This document shows, one piece after another, positions 1 to 12,629 of a stretch of 64,000 nucleotides of DNA. The first letter of the stretch is position 1; every line of letters starts with the position of its first letter. The translations under genes and the position numbers were made by a program. The notes beneath the pieces are model-generated. The model saw nothing but the letters and a program-made list of their open reading frames with translations, was not told the origin of the DNA and did not search any database. The DNA is taken from NCBI RefSeq assembly GCF_000281045.1, contig NW_008246089.1:268737-332736 (forward strand), in the 5' to 3' direction. This stretch comes from Saprolegnia diclina VS20. Lineage: Eukaryota.

Positions 1-1648
1 GCGCGCTTCACGCGCCCGGTCAAGCAGCTCCAGACCGACCTCGTCGAGTACATTGGCCCGATGGAGCAGGTGTTTATGAACATTGCCGTGCTCAAGGACG
101 ACATTCGCGCGTCGACGACGCACATGGAGCTCAAGCCGACCAACATGCTCTCGCTCGTCGCGAGTTTGACGCCGTTCTCCGAGCACAACCAGAGTCCGCG
201 TAACATGTACCAGTGCCAGATGGCCAAGCAGACGATGGGCACGCCCGCCCACTCGATCGTCCACCGCACGGACAACAAGATGTACCGGATCCAGTCGCCG
301 CAAGCGCCTATCGTGCACAACGAACGCCTCCGCGAGTACCAGCTCGACGAGTACCCGCTCGGCACAAACGCCGTCGTGGCCGTCATCTCGTACACGGGCT
401 TTGACATGGAAGATGCCATGATTCTCAACAAGTCGGCGTACGAGCGCGGCTTTGGGCACGCGTCAGTCTACAAGCAGATCAAGGTCGACATTTCGCCCAA
501 TGAAAACTCGACGACCAAGAGCTACTTTGGCAACGTCAAGCCGGGCTCGGCGAACGGCGAAGTGATCTCGACGGCGCTGGACCGCGATGGCTTTCCGCAC
601 ATTGGCCAAAAGATCCAGTACGGCGAGCCAATTGCGTGCCACATCAACTCGACGACCGGGAAGGAGTCGTTTGTGAAGCACAAGGAGAGCGAGCCGGCCA
701 TCATCGACCAGATCAACCTCCTCGGCAACACAGGCACGAACGCGGACTTTACCAAGGCCAGCATCAAGCTCCGCTTCGTGCGTAACCCGATCATTGGCGA
801 CAAGTTTTCATCGCGCCACGGGCAGAAGGGTGTCATGAGTATTCTCTGGCCGCAGGCCGACATGCCTTTCTCCGAGTCGGGCATGAGCCCCGATGTCATC
901 ATCAACCCGCACGCGTTCCCGTCCCGCATGACCATTGGCATGCTTGGTACGTGGCTTATTTTGGTTGGAAATGTGGACTGATGATGGCTTCTCTCTAGTC
1001 GAGTCGATGGCGGCCAAGGCCGGTGCGCTCCGCGGCCAGTACATGGACGCGACGCCGTTCCAGTTCAACGAGCAGAACCGTGCGATCGATACGTTTGGCG
1101 TGTACCTCAAGGAGGCCGGCTACAACTACATGGGCAGCGAGCCGCTCTACTCGGGCCTCACGGGCACGGTCATGCACGCCGACATCTACATGGGCGTGGT
1201 CTACTACCAGCGTCTGCGTCATATGGTCAGCGACAAGAGCCAAGTGCGTGCGACGGGTCCGCTCAACTCGCTCACGCGCCAGCCGGTCAAGGGCCGTAAG
1301 AAGCACGGTGGTATCCGCTTTGGCGAAATGGAGCGCGATTCGCTCTTGGCCCACGGCTGTGCGTTCCTCCTCCAAGATCGTCTCATGAACTGCTCGGACA
1401 AGCACATTGCGACCGTGTGCACCAAGTGCGGGAGCTTGCTCAGCACGCTCAACCAGCGGGCGGCCGCAAGCACGGCCGGCGCCTCGGACATTGAGGTCGC
1501 CCTCGGCGCGCGCAAGCTTTGGATGTGCTCGACGTGCTCGACGGGCGAAGGCTGCGAAGCCGTCGCGATGCCGTACGTCTTCCGGTACCTCGCCAACGAA
1601 CTCGCGGCCATGAACATCAAGATGACCATGACGCTCAAGGGCGTGTAA
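1..1648 (+). CDS. RPA2: RNA polymerase I second-largest subunit, 3' part (5' end outside window); intron 947-998
   Basis: Motifs SPRNMYQCQMAKQTMG, GDKFSSRHGQKG, NPHAFPSRMTIG, YYQRLRHMVSDK and GGIRFGEMERD, plus C-terminal CxxC pairs. Removing the GT..AG intron 947-998 joins the two ORFs as MTIGML-VESMAAK. Confidence 0.95.
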
Positions 1649-2813
1649 ACACATAGATTCTATATCCTCGGCACCCCCACCACCACCACAACTTGCATAA
1701 TTGAATAGTATACTTAACACCGTTCCCACTGACCAGTGAGCGCGACGCGCAAAAACAAGTGCTGGACCAACGAGGGGTAGGGTTCCGGCCACAGATGCTG
1801 GCGCATTCTCCATGCTCTCATGGGGAAGAAGAGACTCTACCACAAGGAGCAAAAAAGATATGGGCGCTGGCCGCCGTCGGAGGTTTGACGCTGGCCTGGA
1901 GCACGGGTATACTGACTCGATCGACTCTATACCTTTGCCTGCAAGTTGCACAGTAACTTTGCGCCCACGCACGCTCCTGCTTACTACCGCGTGCGCCGTA
2001 CGAATCAAGCTGCACCCTTGGTTCTTGACAGAGCTGGGGTCAGTAGTATCTTCCTCTGTAGTACTGTGCTAGCATGCGGTCGTGTGTCCAGACATTCATG
2101 CCAAGCTACGTGCCGGTAGCGGCTCCATGGACGGCGGTATGGAAGCGCAAGTAGTCGTTGAAGCACAGTGTTCCAAGTCCACTTCAGCTTCCTCTCTTTG
2201 ACTTTCTCGAGCGAATGAGAATTTCGTTCCGAGAAGCAACATGGGACTTGAACCAACCGCTACACATGCACTGGCACGAGATGCCCGTGTGCTGCAGTGG
2301 ACATTATCTCGGCACTGCAGGCGCCCAGTAACGTAAGCTTGTTTCGATAAAATAGATACTTCAAGACTCGAGCCATCGCCCGCCGTGCAGCGTCGAAGGA
2401 GCTCTTGGGCCGTGACGCCAGCCTCTCTATTGGATAGACCATTGCGCTGGACGCAGAGGGGGATCATCGCGCGTGGTCATGTCGACAGCACGCAAAGACG
2501 AGGGTGGCGTTCGATCTCCGGACGCAAGCCGATCCTTGGACCGCCCGATTTGTTGGCTCCTCGCCACGGCCTGTCTGAGAGCACAGAAACCGGCCGTCGC
2601 CGACCACGCCGCCGAGTGGTGCGACGCCATTGCTCCAAGAGCTCGAGACCAATGTACCGCATGGGCTAGAGTGGTACGTCAAGGCATGCGACGGCGCGTG
2701 CGGCCGGTGGCAGCAGCGCGCTGCCCGTCGAAGGCGCGATCTTTGCGTTATCCGGATGGCAGAAACGGTTTCGAGGATATTGTCTCCGTCCCGCAGTTCA
2801 GAAATCGCGCAAC

Positions 2814-4175
2814 ATGGAGGAGTACGGAGAGCTCGTCGTGCTTGGCTACAGCAGCTACCGCGTCGCCGGCAGGGACGACCCTTCGCCACACAGCGCCAAG
2901 TGGCAGCCCGTGGGCTCGCCCAACTGCCACTTCCGCCTTGCGCCGAAAAAGACGGGCAACGGCCTCACGCGGCGCCGCGCGTTCCTTGCGACCGGCCTCG
3001 GCGAGAAGGCGTCGTCCGCCGACGCCGCCAAGGCCCAGCTGCACGCGCCCTCGAGCCAATTCGTGACGATCCCACTGTCCTTGCGCACCATGGCCATGGT
3101 CGAGTACGTGCCGGATGCGAGCCTCGATATGTTTCAGATTGGCCGGCAGCCGTCGCGCTACAACGACTTTAGCGTTCCCGGGCCGCTCTACGGCGCGTCG
3201 GGTACGATCTCTCGGTTTGCGGCGCGCCTCGTGTGCGAGCGCGACGCGCCGTATCGGTGCCGCCTCTATGCCGGCGGCTTTGACGCGTCACACACGGCGG
3301 CGGTCCCCGCGTCCGCGCTCAAGTACTGTGCTGCCTGCAGCACATGGACCAAAGCACTTAGCTGCTGCCATGTCGTATCGCCGTCATCAATGTTGCCCTC
3401 TACCGGGCCCGTGCTCGCGGAGATAAAGTGCGATGGCAGTGTGCCCGTGGACGCGCTCACAAAGAATGGCGTGCGTCTCTGGGTCCCCGAGCAACAAGAG
3501 TGGTTTGAAGTGTCGATGAATGGCTTCCTCTACGCCATCCAAGGCGGCGGCGAGAGCTCGTCGTCCACGTCGTTTCATCGGCCAACGGCCGGTCCCGTCC
3601 ATCTCGAGTCGCTCGTCTCGCACGGCTGCATCATTGACCTCGGCGGCGTCCAATTGCAGTTCCTCACAAAACTCGCGCGCCGCAAACCGTCGTTGGCGCC
3701 GCCGCCGTTGCAGCCGTCGCTTCTCGCCCAGCTCGAGTCGCTCCACGTGCAGTGCCCCGTGCAGCTCATGCCGCTGCGCTTCCACTCCAACTGCGCATCG
3801 AGCGAGACCGCGCACGTCTTTCCAGCATGCGGACACGTCTTTGGTTACGACGCACGCATCGCGCTCGGGAAGGCGTGCCCCATGTGTCGCACGCCCGGCG
3901 GCATGGTGCTCCTCAAGCTCACGTCCGGGAACGGCGCCAAATTGCACCAAGCCGACGAACGCAACTGCGTTCCCGACTGCGTCTTCAACCCATGCGGCCA
4001 CGCGGTCGGCCTCAAGTGTGCGACGCAGTACGCATCGATTCGCATGCCGAACGGCAAGTCGATCTGCCCCATCTGCGCCGTGGCCCTGGACTCGAACCAG
4101 CCCTATTCCAAACTCTTTTGGCATACGGACGACGACGACGACGACGATGCGTATACGGACGTGGCGGCGGCCTGA
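2814..4175 (+). CDS. Pellino-family E3 ubiquitin ligase (FHA core plus RING-like C-terminus), intronless
   Basis: YGELVVLGY, DMFQIGR, TISRFAARLVCER, DALTKNGV, GCIIDLGG, QCPV, CGHVFGY, CPMCR, FNPCGH and CPIC occur in the order seen in Pellino proteins. Confidence 0.9.
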   Translation: MEEYGELVVLGYSSYRVAGRDDPSPHSAKWQPVGSPNCHFRLAPKKTGNGLTRRRAFLATGLGEKASSADAAKAQLHAPSSQFVTIPLSLRTMAMVEYVPDASLDMFQIGRQPSRYNDFSVPGPLYGASGTISRFAARLVCERDAPYRCRLYAGGFDASHTAAVPASALKYCAACSTWTKALSCCHVVSPSSMLPSTGPVLAEIKCDGSVPVDALTKNGVRLWVPEQQEWFEVSMNGFLYAIQGGGESSSSTSFHRPTAGPVHLESLVSHGCIIDLGGVQLQFLTKLARRKPSLAPPPLQPSLLAQLESLHVQCPVQLMPLRFHSNCASSETAHVFPACGHVFGYDARIALGKACPMCRTPGGMVLLKLTSGNGAKLHQADERNCVPDCVFNPCGHAVGLKCATQYASIRMPNGKSICPICAVALDSNQPYSKLFWHTDDDDDDDAYTDVAAA

Positions 4176-4220
4176 GACCATAGAACGTTGAATAGGCCGC
4201 GTCTGTATACACATATATAT

Positions 4221-6085
4221 CTAACTCTTTGGTTTCTTGTGGCGCGTCTTCTTGGTGTCGCGGCCTTGGGCGGCGACGTTGGGCATGAGCCCGGACGATC
4301 GTCGAAGGCCCTTGAGCGTCCGTAGCTTGAGCTCGTCGCGCGTGAGCGGGTGCATGCCGTCGGCGACGCCGTGGTCAACCATTTCGTCTTCGTCCGACGA
4401 GTAGTCTTCGAGGTTCGGCGGGTTGATCTGGAGTGGCTCGCCCCCCATCGGCATCGGTGGGCCAATTCCAAGGACCGCGTGGAGCTGATGCGACGACAAG
4501 CCGTGTCCTACAGTGCTGCATAAACACTAGACTCCAATCTGGTACACACGCACCCAGGACGGGGTTGTCGAGCAGGTCGAGACTCGCCGATCGGGACTTT
4601 TGAAAGTGTGCGTACTGCTGCAGAATCTCGTTGGTGCGCTGCTCGACCATGCCGAGGTACTGCATCATGTTGACGTCTGTGACGATGTTTTCGCCGAGCA
4701 TTTCGGCCATGGCCTGGGCGTTGCAGCCCACGTGGTTGAAAAGGACTTGGATCGCAATCTTGACCGCGTTGATGTTCTTCTGCGCGTCGTTGTACTTGAC
4801 TTCGTACTTTTCGGCCGATGCTTCCGTGGCCACGAGCTTGGCTTCGAGGTCTTTGAGGAGCTGCTTGTGCTGGTGGGCATCGTCGCCCGTCTCTTCCGAG
4901 TACTTGGCTTCTTCGACCTTGAGCGCCTATGTAATTGTCGGGAGTAAAAATGAAATTTTGTGTGAAAAACCCCGAACCTCGATTTGGTCTTGGAGCTTCT
5001 CGATTTCATTGGTTTGCTCGTTGACATAGTTGAAGAGCGAGAAGTTTTGATCTTCGTTCTTGATGAAGGTGTTGACAAGCTCCTCAATGTCGGTGATGCC
5101 GGTCGCGGCCTTGATCTTGGTAAACACTTCTTCGTAGTTCTGGACGCGCTCGATGCTCACTTGCACGTGGACCTTTTCTTTTGCGACGCCCCACTGCTGC
5201 CGCTGGAGCTTGCGCTTCAACGTGCCGTCGTCGTCGCTCGTGCCAGAGCTCTCCCGACGCGCCACGTCCCGCAACTGCGCTTCGCGGGCCAAGTCGGCGC
5301 GCTTCTTGCTCTCTTCCATCTTCTCCAGCAAGTCGGTGATCTGGCGTCGGTGCTCTTCGGCCTCTTGGCGGTTGATTTGCTCGATTGCCTTGACCTCCAT
5401 CTAAGTGCAACAATCGCCATTGGTCTCGATAAAGATGAAAAATGAGACAAATCATTAGGACCTGGGCCGCGTCGCGCTGCTCGTAGCTCAAGTTGCTGAG
5501 CTCGATAATGTTGGCCATTTGCTTCTTGCGCTCGTTGTGGTCCTTCTCGAGCTTGCGGTAAATGTTGTCAAAGATCATGCGTTCCCGGCGCAAATTGTCG
5601 ATTTCTTCGCGCAGCACCTTGTTTTGTGCCAGCGCTTCGTTGAATTTCACAAGCGATTTGTCGAGGCGGTTCTCCAAAATCCGAATTTGCTTGTGGACCA
5701 TATGGTGGTTTTCCTTGGCCGCGTTCACGCCGCCCATGTGCTTGCGCTGGTGCAGCACCTTGTGCTTCATGATTGTGATTTGCTGGGTTAGAGTGTCGCA
5801 GTGCTTGGCCTCGCCCGCAATCTTCTTGACGTACGCGTCGATCTGGTCTTGCATGCGCGCAATGCTCTCCGACTGCGAATTCGCATTGGCTTCGGTCAAG
5901 TGGCGCGTCGCTAGCGCGAGCTCCGACTTCATGTTGTCGTTGTCGTGCTTGAGCTTCTCAATCACGCTTTGCTGCCGCCGCATCACCTGGTGCGACTCGT
6001 CCGAGTAGCTCTTTCGGTTCATCTCCATGTTGCGGTACTCGCGCTGGAGCTGCGAGAAGTCCACGCCGCCCTTGGTCGGCTCCAT
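4221..6085 (-). CDS. Outer dynein arm docking complex subunit (ODA-DC2 / CCDC114-CCDC63 family), multi-exon coiled-coil protein
   Basis: IRILENRLDK, NKVLREEIDNLRRER, FIKNEDQNFSLFNYVNE and MMQYLGMVEQRTNE. The ORF pieces are linked by short GT-AG introns. Confidence 0.88.
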
Positions 6086-6154
6086 GCTGCCTACCGCTTC
6101 GTGGCTGAGAAACGAAAAACCTATGAGCCCGTTTCGCCAGCGTCGTTTCACACC

Positions 6155-9100
6155 ATGCGCCGACGGAACGAGGCGCCACGTATGGAGATCGCGGTCGACA
6201 CCACTGTGCTCGAGCGCAGTCGAGCAAAGCGAACCAAATTCGCCGACCGCCAAGCCGCAGTGCTTGCCGGCGTCGGCGCAACCGCCATGGAGCTTCGGCG
6301 CCGGCTCTTCAACCGCCGCCACTTGAAGTATGGTGGCAAGCCCGGCGACTTGCCGCTCGTGCAGGAAGCCAAGTCGGAGAGCCTCAACATCCGCCTTGCC
6401 ATCATCGACCAAGAGGCTCGAAGCCGGGCGCTCGACAGCGAATTTCAATCACACACCAAGCTCGAGCAGTCGTTCCGGTCGCCTTCATGAGCTGCGTAGT
6501 AAGCCTGTTGCCAACTCTTGTCGTAGACGGCTGCAGGACACGCTGCAGACGAGTGCCACGGACGTCCGGGGCAAGCAAGCCAAGTTGAAGGAGCTCGAGC
6601 AGCGCCTGCGTCTCCTCCAGACAACGACCCACGACCCGCTCACACCGGTTGCGACAGTCTCAAGACATGGAGTCTGAAGTCGCGCGTAGATTCAAGCGAT
6701 CGAGGCGGCGACAAAGGTGGCTTTCGAGCTCAACGAACACAAGGCCGCGTACCTCCCGACGTTCATATGCCGCGTGTGCGCGCGGGTGTGCGCGACGGAC
6801 GCCCTTCTGCGGCTCCACGAGCCGTACTGCAAAGGTCTCGTGTTCCGCGAAGACGCGTTCGACGTGACAGCCTACAAACGGTGCCATCTCTGCTACCGGT
6901 ACGTCCTCCCTGCCGCAGTCGACGACCATGCGCAAGCGTGTACGGCTGCAATGGACCGAAAACAGCGCTTGCTACAACGCCCCGAGTACGACGTTGCCGG
7001 GTGCGTGCCTGAGCCACCGACGCAGCTGCGCGTTGTGGCGGTGACGAGCCACTCGATCGAGTTGGCGTGGGCCGCCCCAGTCTTTACCGGCGGCCTCGGC
7101 GTGTTCGAGTACGAACTTCGCGTCTCCAAGGTCGTGCAGGAAAAGTTTCAGCGGCTGCAGCACCGCCAGCACGAGCACACGCTTGTCGCGCTGCCACCGG
7201 TGCAAACGTCGCGCTGGGTCGACCGCGTGCCGTTGGCAGCGTGCTGCATCGTTGTACAAGGTCTCTCGGCCAAGACGACGTACGGCGACATTGCCATCCG
7301 CGCCAAGACCGAAAACGGCTTTGGCGGCTACTCGATGCCGATCGACCTTGTCACGACGTTGGGTACCGTCCCCTAGTGTCGTTGCGTTGAAGTGATGCAG
7401 CGTGCTAGAGCCCACACCACCAAGCGTGCCGCTCTTCTTCACGCTCGGGCTTGTCACCATGACGTCGATTACGCTGAGCTGGATGAGTCCCATGGACTTG
7501 GGCGGCGGCGTCGTCGACGAGTTTGTCATTTTGTACACGACGCTCGTGCAAGTGCACGTTGACGGCGCCGACGCTTTGGACATGTCGCAGAGCGAAGAGC
7601 GCGAGTTCACGCTCAAGTACGCCCTGCCAATGGTCGAGTGGAGTCCACACGAGGCGTATGCCACCAACAATATGCTCTACAGCTATACGATCGAGGCGCT
7701 GCAGCCCGGAAAACTCTATTCCAATCTTCGCGTGTACGCTGTGACGTCGGACGGTCTCTGCAGCCCCGAGACGTTGGCTCTGGAGCCTGTCCGCACGCTC
7801 GGTAGACACTTATATGCGGTTGGTCTCAACGCTTCTTTGTGTCCACATAGTCGCGGGTAAGGAGTTCAAGCTCATCGCCGAGCTCCAAGAGGCCATCAAC
7901 AGCCGCGCAACGTACATCGACTCGTCGTTCTACAATGGGTTTCCGCAGCGCTACGAGCGGCTCTACTACTTGCGCTTGCTGGCCAAGACGATCAAGGCGC
8001 ACCACCCCGCGCTCGCCGACCGCGTCGATGCCATGCTTCCGCTCGACGGTGACTCCGACTCGGATTCGGACTCGGAAGCGGATGAGGACACGCCGCCGTC
8101 GACGCCAGCGATGCCAGTCGTCGAGGAAGAGCGACCCAAGACAGCCGCCGAGATGGTCGCCGACGCCGCGGCCAAGCGCTTGGAGACACAAAAGACCCGA
8201 CGCAAGCAATTCCAGTACCGACTGCACCAGCTGCGGCACCACTTGGACGTGCTGGCACACAACATTGACTGGGCCGACGACCGCACGACGGTCTTGCTCT
8301 CGCTCATTGCGGCCGCCGAGCAGCGCATTCTCGATAAGCAAGCCGAACTCGAGCGCGCCAAAGCATTTCGAGGCCCCTCGATGGACTCAATTGTCATGCA
8401 CGGTACAAGCCTTTTCTTTTGTTTTTTTCAAAATGTACAACTCGTCGTATGCCAGGTGGACTGCAACATTTCAAAACCAAGGAGCTCGTGCAAGCCCTCG
8501 AAGAAGAGCTCGACATTGAGCACTTTTACATTAGCGACACGAAAGAGGAGCTCCGTCACATCGAAGACCAGAAGAACGCCGACATCCGCAGCTTGGCGAG
8601 TAAGCAAGCGCAACTTTCGGCGCGGCAAGTGGCCCTCGAAAAGTTTGAGACGGACTGTGAACTCGACGCGTTCGTCGCCGAGCGTGGGGCCAAAGTCCTC
8701 TTACGCTTGCAATCACAGTCGCTCGCCTACGTCTTTGACAACTGGACGCGCTTCGTCACGCAGCGCAAAGCATCCCGTGCCGTGGTTGCCAAGGTTGTAG
8801 CACGACTCGAACAGAGCCTTCTCCGTCCCGCATGGCGGTACAACATACTTACCTTGATTTCTTGTCGACTTATTCGTTGTATGTAGATCGTGGATCGTGT
8901 TTTGGGAGTTTGAAGCGAACAAGCAAGTCGCCCCCGATGGTGTCGTCAGCCTCGGTGGTCTCGGCTTGAAGGCGGTCCATGTCAACCGCGTGCTCATGCA
9001 GCAAGACTGCTATGCAGCGCTGCATGCGTGTCGGGACGTGGCATCGAATCTCGTCGACGCGGGTCGCACCAACGACGAGCGCGCTGCCAAGGCCCGCAAT

Positions 9101-11956
9101 GTCTTTGAGAAGGAGCGCAAAAAGCTCGCCCAAGCCGCCAGCATACCGCAGGTATATATGTGCACGTCGATCTCCGTGCCGACTGTAAGATCTAGTCGAT
9201 ATCGACCTTGTGGACTCAAGGGGCGACGCAACTCGACATTGGCGATTACGAACCCGCTCTCTTCACGTACGAGAAGCTCGTTGATGCCCTCCCCAACGAT
9301 GCCGATCGATTCAACCAAGTACGTGTGTGGACGCTTTTGTTGGGCAAATGGTCATAGTGTCTTGTCGATAAATGATAGACACAATTGGCCAACGCACTCA
9401 ATCACATTGGCCGGGTGGCCTTTCTACTCAAGCGGTACGAGAAGGCCATGATTGCGTTCGAGCGCGCGGTGGGAATTTGCGACCGCATTGGCGACCCGAA
9501 GGAAACTGCGTTCGCCATGCGAGGACTTGCCGACTGCCACCTCGTGTCGCGCGGCTTCAAGCCCGCGCTCCAGCTTTACATGAAAGCATGCAGCGCCGCC
9601 GAAGACGTGAGTGATGTGCCGACGCAAATCGCGGCGCACCATGGCATTGCGGCCTGCTACCGGGCGTGGGACGACACGCTTCTGGCCAACGAAGCCGCGA
9701 CAAAGGCCCGGGCGCTAGAGCGCTGCATCGACGACAAGGTCGACCACATCGAGCACGCCCTCGACGCACTCAAGGCCAAGCTCATCACGGTACAACATTG
9801 TCGTATAACGATACCGATATATGAGCAATATAACGATAACTAGGTCAGTGCCAAGGTCGCCGCGACGTTCCAGCTCGAGCGGGTGGGGGCCATCGTACCC
9901 AAGTTGCGAGCGGAGCGGCTCCAGTGCAAAATCACCATTCTCGAAGAAGAAAAAGTTCTTAGCGCGCTCACGTCGCTCGTCGAGTCGAAAGCGGCGCTTC
10001 TGGCGCAAGGACGCGACGACCTCAAGCGCAGCGAAGTGAGCGACGCTGAGTACGTCGACTCGTCCGTCTTTCTGGGCGTCTCGACGCGGTATGCGATCAA
10101 GGACTTTACGGAGAAATTACGCATTTTCATGGACCGTCTCCGGGTGGCCAAAGCCGCCATCGAAAACGAGCAAACAAACGCGTCGACGCGCATCACGAAC
10201 GAGCGCGAGCGCATCCAAGAGGTTCGTTTCTTTCGATTGTGAAGGTTTATGTACAATATTGTCGACTAGTGCGAGGACGAACTCGTCATTGAGACGGGCG
10301 ATCTCATGCGCCGCGTGCGCGGCAAAGACGTCTTTCGCTGCTTTCGTTTCAACGCGGTCAATGCCATCTTCAAGGACGTGCTGGGTCATGCCAGTGGTGG
10401 CGTCTCGACGTGCGTGGCCAGCGTCGGCCCGACGCTCTTTGTGTACGACCTGCACACTGGTGTACGTACCCATTGCTATATATATTTAGTATTATTGTAC
10501 CGTGGGGTAGGTGTGTATGGGGCAAGGGGTCGGGGATGCGAATACCGACCCGAACGCGCCAGTGCATCTCGGTGGCATTGAAGGCCACCTCAAGATGATC
10601 ATGTGCGTCTACGCACTCAACGATTACGTGTACACGGGCAGCATGGACTGCTCGCTCATCGTGTGGAAGCTCATCGACGGCATGCGCCCGTCCTTTGTCC
10701 ACCGCTTTGACGAGTTTGATGCCGCGGTGATGTCGGTCACCGCGACGCTGCAGTTTATTTGCGCGGGCACGGCCGACTGCACACTCTATGTACCTGAACA
10801 TGCGTACAACATTGTCTATATATTGACATGGCGGTGTGTAGGTCTATGACGCCACGTCGTTTGCTCGCATCGCTGTCGTGCCGTCGGCCCACTACCGCAC
10901 CATCACGTTCTTGGTCATGGACGCGACCTTGCTCGCCTCGGGCGGCGCCGACAACGAAATCCGACTCTGGCATTTTTCGCTCAAAACGGCGGCCGAGAAG
11001 CGCTACACCAAGCTGGCACGCCTTCGGCCCGAACGCGACGGCCACGAATGGTACATATCATCGTGACAGATCATCACGCATTTGGTACTATCGCTGTGGG
11101 TAGGGTCCGCGGGCACGTCGACCCGGTGTCGTGTGTGCAGATTGCCGACAACGAGATTGTAAGCGGCGACCGCGGTGGCCGCATCGTGCTCTGGGACTCA
11201 GTCAAAGGCAGCATTCGCCGTGAGATTCGAAAAGCACATGAAGCAGCGATCACGTGCCTTGCGTTCGACACGCTGCGCGTCATCAGCGGCGACGCGTCGG
11301 GAAAGATCTCGATCAGTGACGTCATCAGTGGCCTCGTGCTGCAGACGCTGCTCGGACACACGGCGCGTGTTCTCGATGTCCAAGTCGACCGGACCATGCT
11401 CCTGAGCTGCTCGGAAGACGGCAGCCTGCGGCAATGGACGTTTCAGTCGCGTGATGGCAGCGCGTCACGCGGCCACCGGTATCACATTCTGGGCGCGGGC
11501 GAGACGCTGCGGTCGCTCTCGCTGCAGTACCACACCAGTGTCAACGATCTGCGGCGCTGGAACAACATTGTGGACGTGACAAAAATGTACCTTGGCCAAC
11601 AGCTTCTCGTGCAGACGACGGTCGTTGAAACCAAAGTCGTCGAGCCCGTCTCGGTCGTCTTTGGCAAGCTCGCGCTGGAAGAAACGAGCTTCTTGCTGAG
11701 CAACCGCAACGGCAAAGCATCCCTCGACGACCGGATTCGGGAAACCACCGACCGCTTCGAGCGCGTGCTGAAGACGGGGGATGCGAGCAACCCAGTTGCT
11801 GAGGAGAGCGACGACGATGTCAAGTCTGCAGACAACGGCGACGGCGACGATGATGATGATGACGACGACGATGATAATGGCAGTGAGGGCCAAGTCGATG
11901 ATGACGTCGATGGCGGCGACGCACCAGAAGACAGCGAGCCTGGCGACGAAGCATAA
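6155..11956 (+). CDS. Large 14-exon protein: coiled coil, two C2HC zinc-finger-like motifs, 2x FN3, TPRs, WD40 repeats, C-terminal LysM, acidic tail
   Basis: Manual splicing at 13 GT-AG introns keeps one frame from ATG 6155 to TAA 11956. FN3: PEPPTQLRV..SIELAWAAP and TSITLSWMSP. TPR: ANALNHIGRVAFLLKRYEKAM. WD40: GH...W-D/K repeats. LysM: YHILGAGETLRSLSLQYHTSVNDLRRWNNI..LGQQLLV. Confidence 0.8.
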
Positions 11957-12629
11957 CGATCGTCGGGTCCACCTTGGCGCTAGAATAGTGTCCTAAACCA
12001 TGACGACCAGCTGTTTACACATCTGATGTTTGATCTGATGAGTCTTTCATATCGTGGCGAGAGCCGCCCATTTCTGGCGTTCAAGATGGTCAACGCGACT
12101 GAGACTGGCTCATTGAAGCCGAGTGGCGTGCCTTGACCAAGACGAATACGAATATGCTGCGATGCGAAAGATAACACGCAACTTAGATCTTGCTTTTGAT
12201 TGGTTCGTTCCAAAAACCTTCGTTGAGCACATGGGGACACTTGTGGGGACGGGAGACGTTCGGAATCCCAACTGGGTTGTAGGAATACCATGTTGAACAA
12301 CTTACAACACAGTATCCCGCAGTAAAGCGTTTACTCGTACTAATCTTTCGCCTTTTACTAAAGATTACCGTGGACGTCTTACAAACAATGCGGCTTCACC
12401 AATTTCTGACCTCCCTCTGGGAGGACCCACTTCATATTCTTGTTACTCGTATATCCTTTACTCTTTACTGCCATTTTCATGGATGCATTGCCACATAACT
12501 ACATTACTAGCCCACGAAAAGATTTAGTCTAGCCGCTATTAAGAGTTGAGTCCTCCAATTGAATTTGTTCTGCCTTGATTTTGGCTGCTGTAGCACCTAC
12601 GATGCGGCTATTTTTACTCGCCCTTCGCA

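Noticed and set aside
2236..2262. B-box-like GGTTCAAGTCCC on the minus strand
   Set aside because: The T-stem is mismatched and no cloverleaf or A-box can be built, so it is not called a tRNA.
11840..11880. GAC/GAT triplet runs (also near 4128, 38090 and 45322)
   Set aside because: They encode ordinary poly-Asp tracts, not a repeat array.
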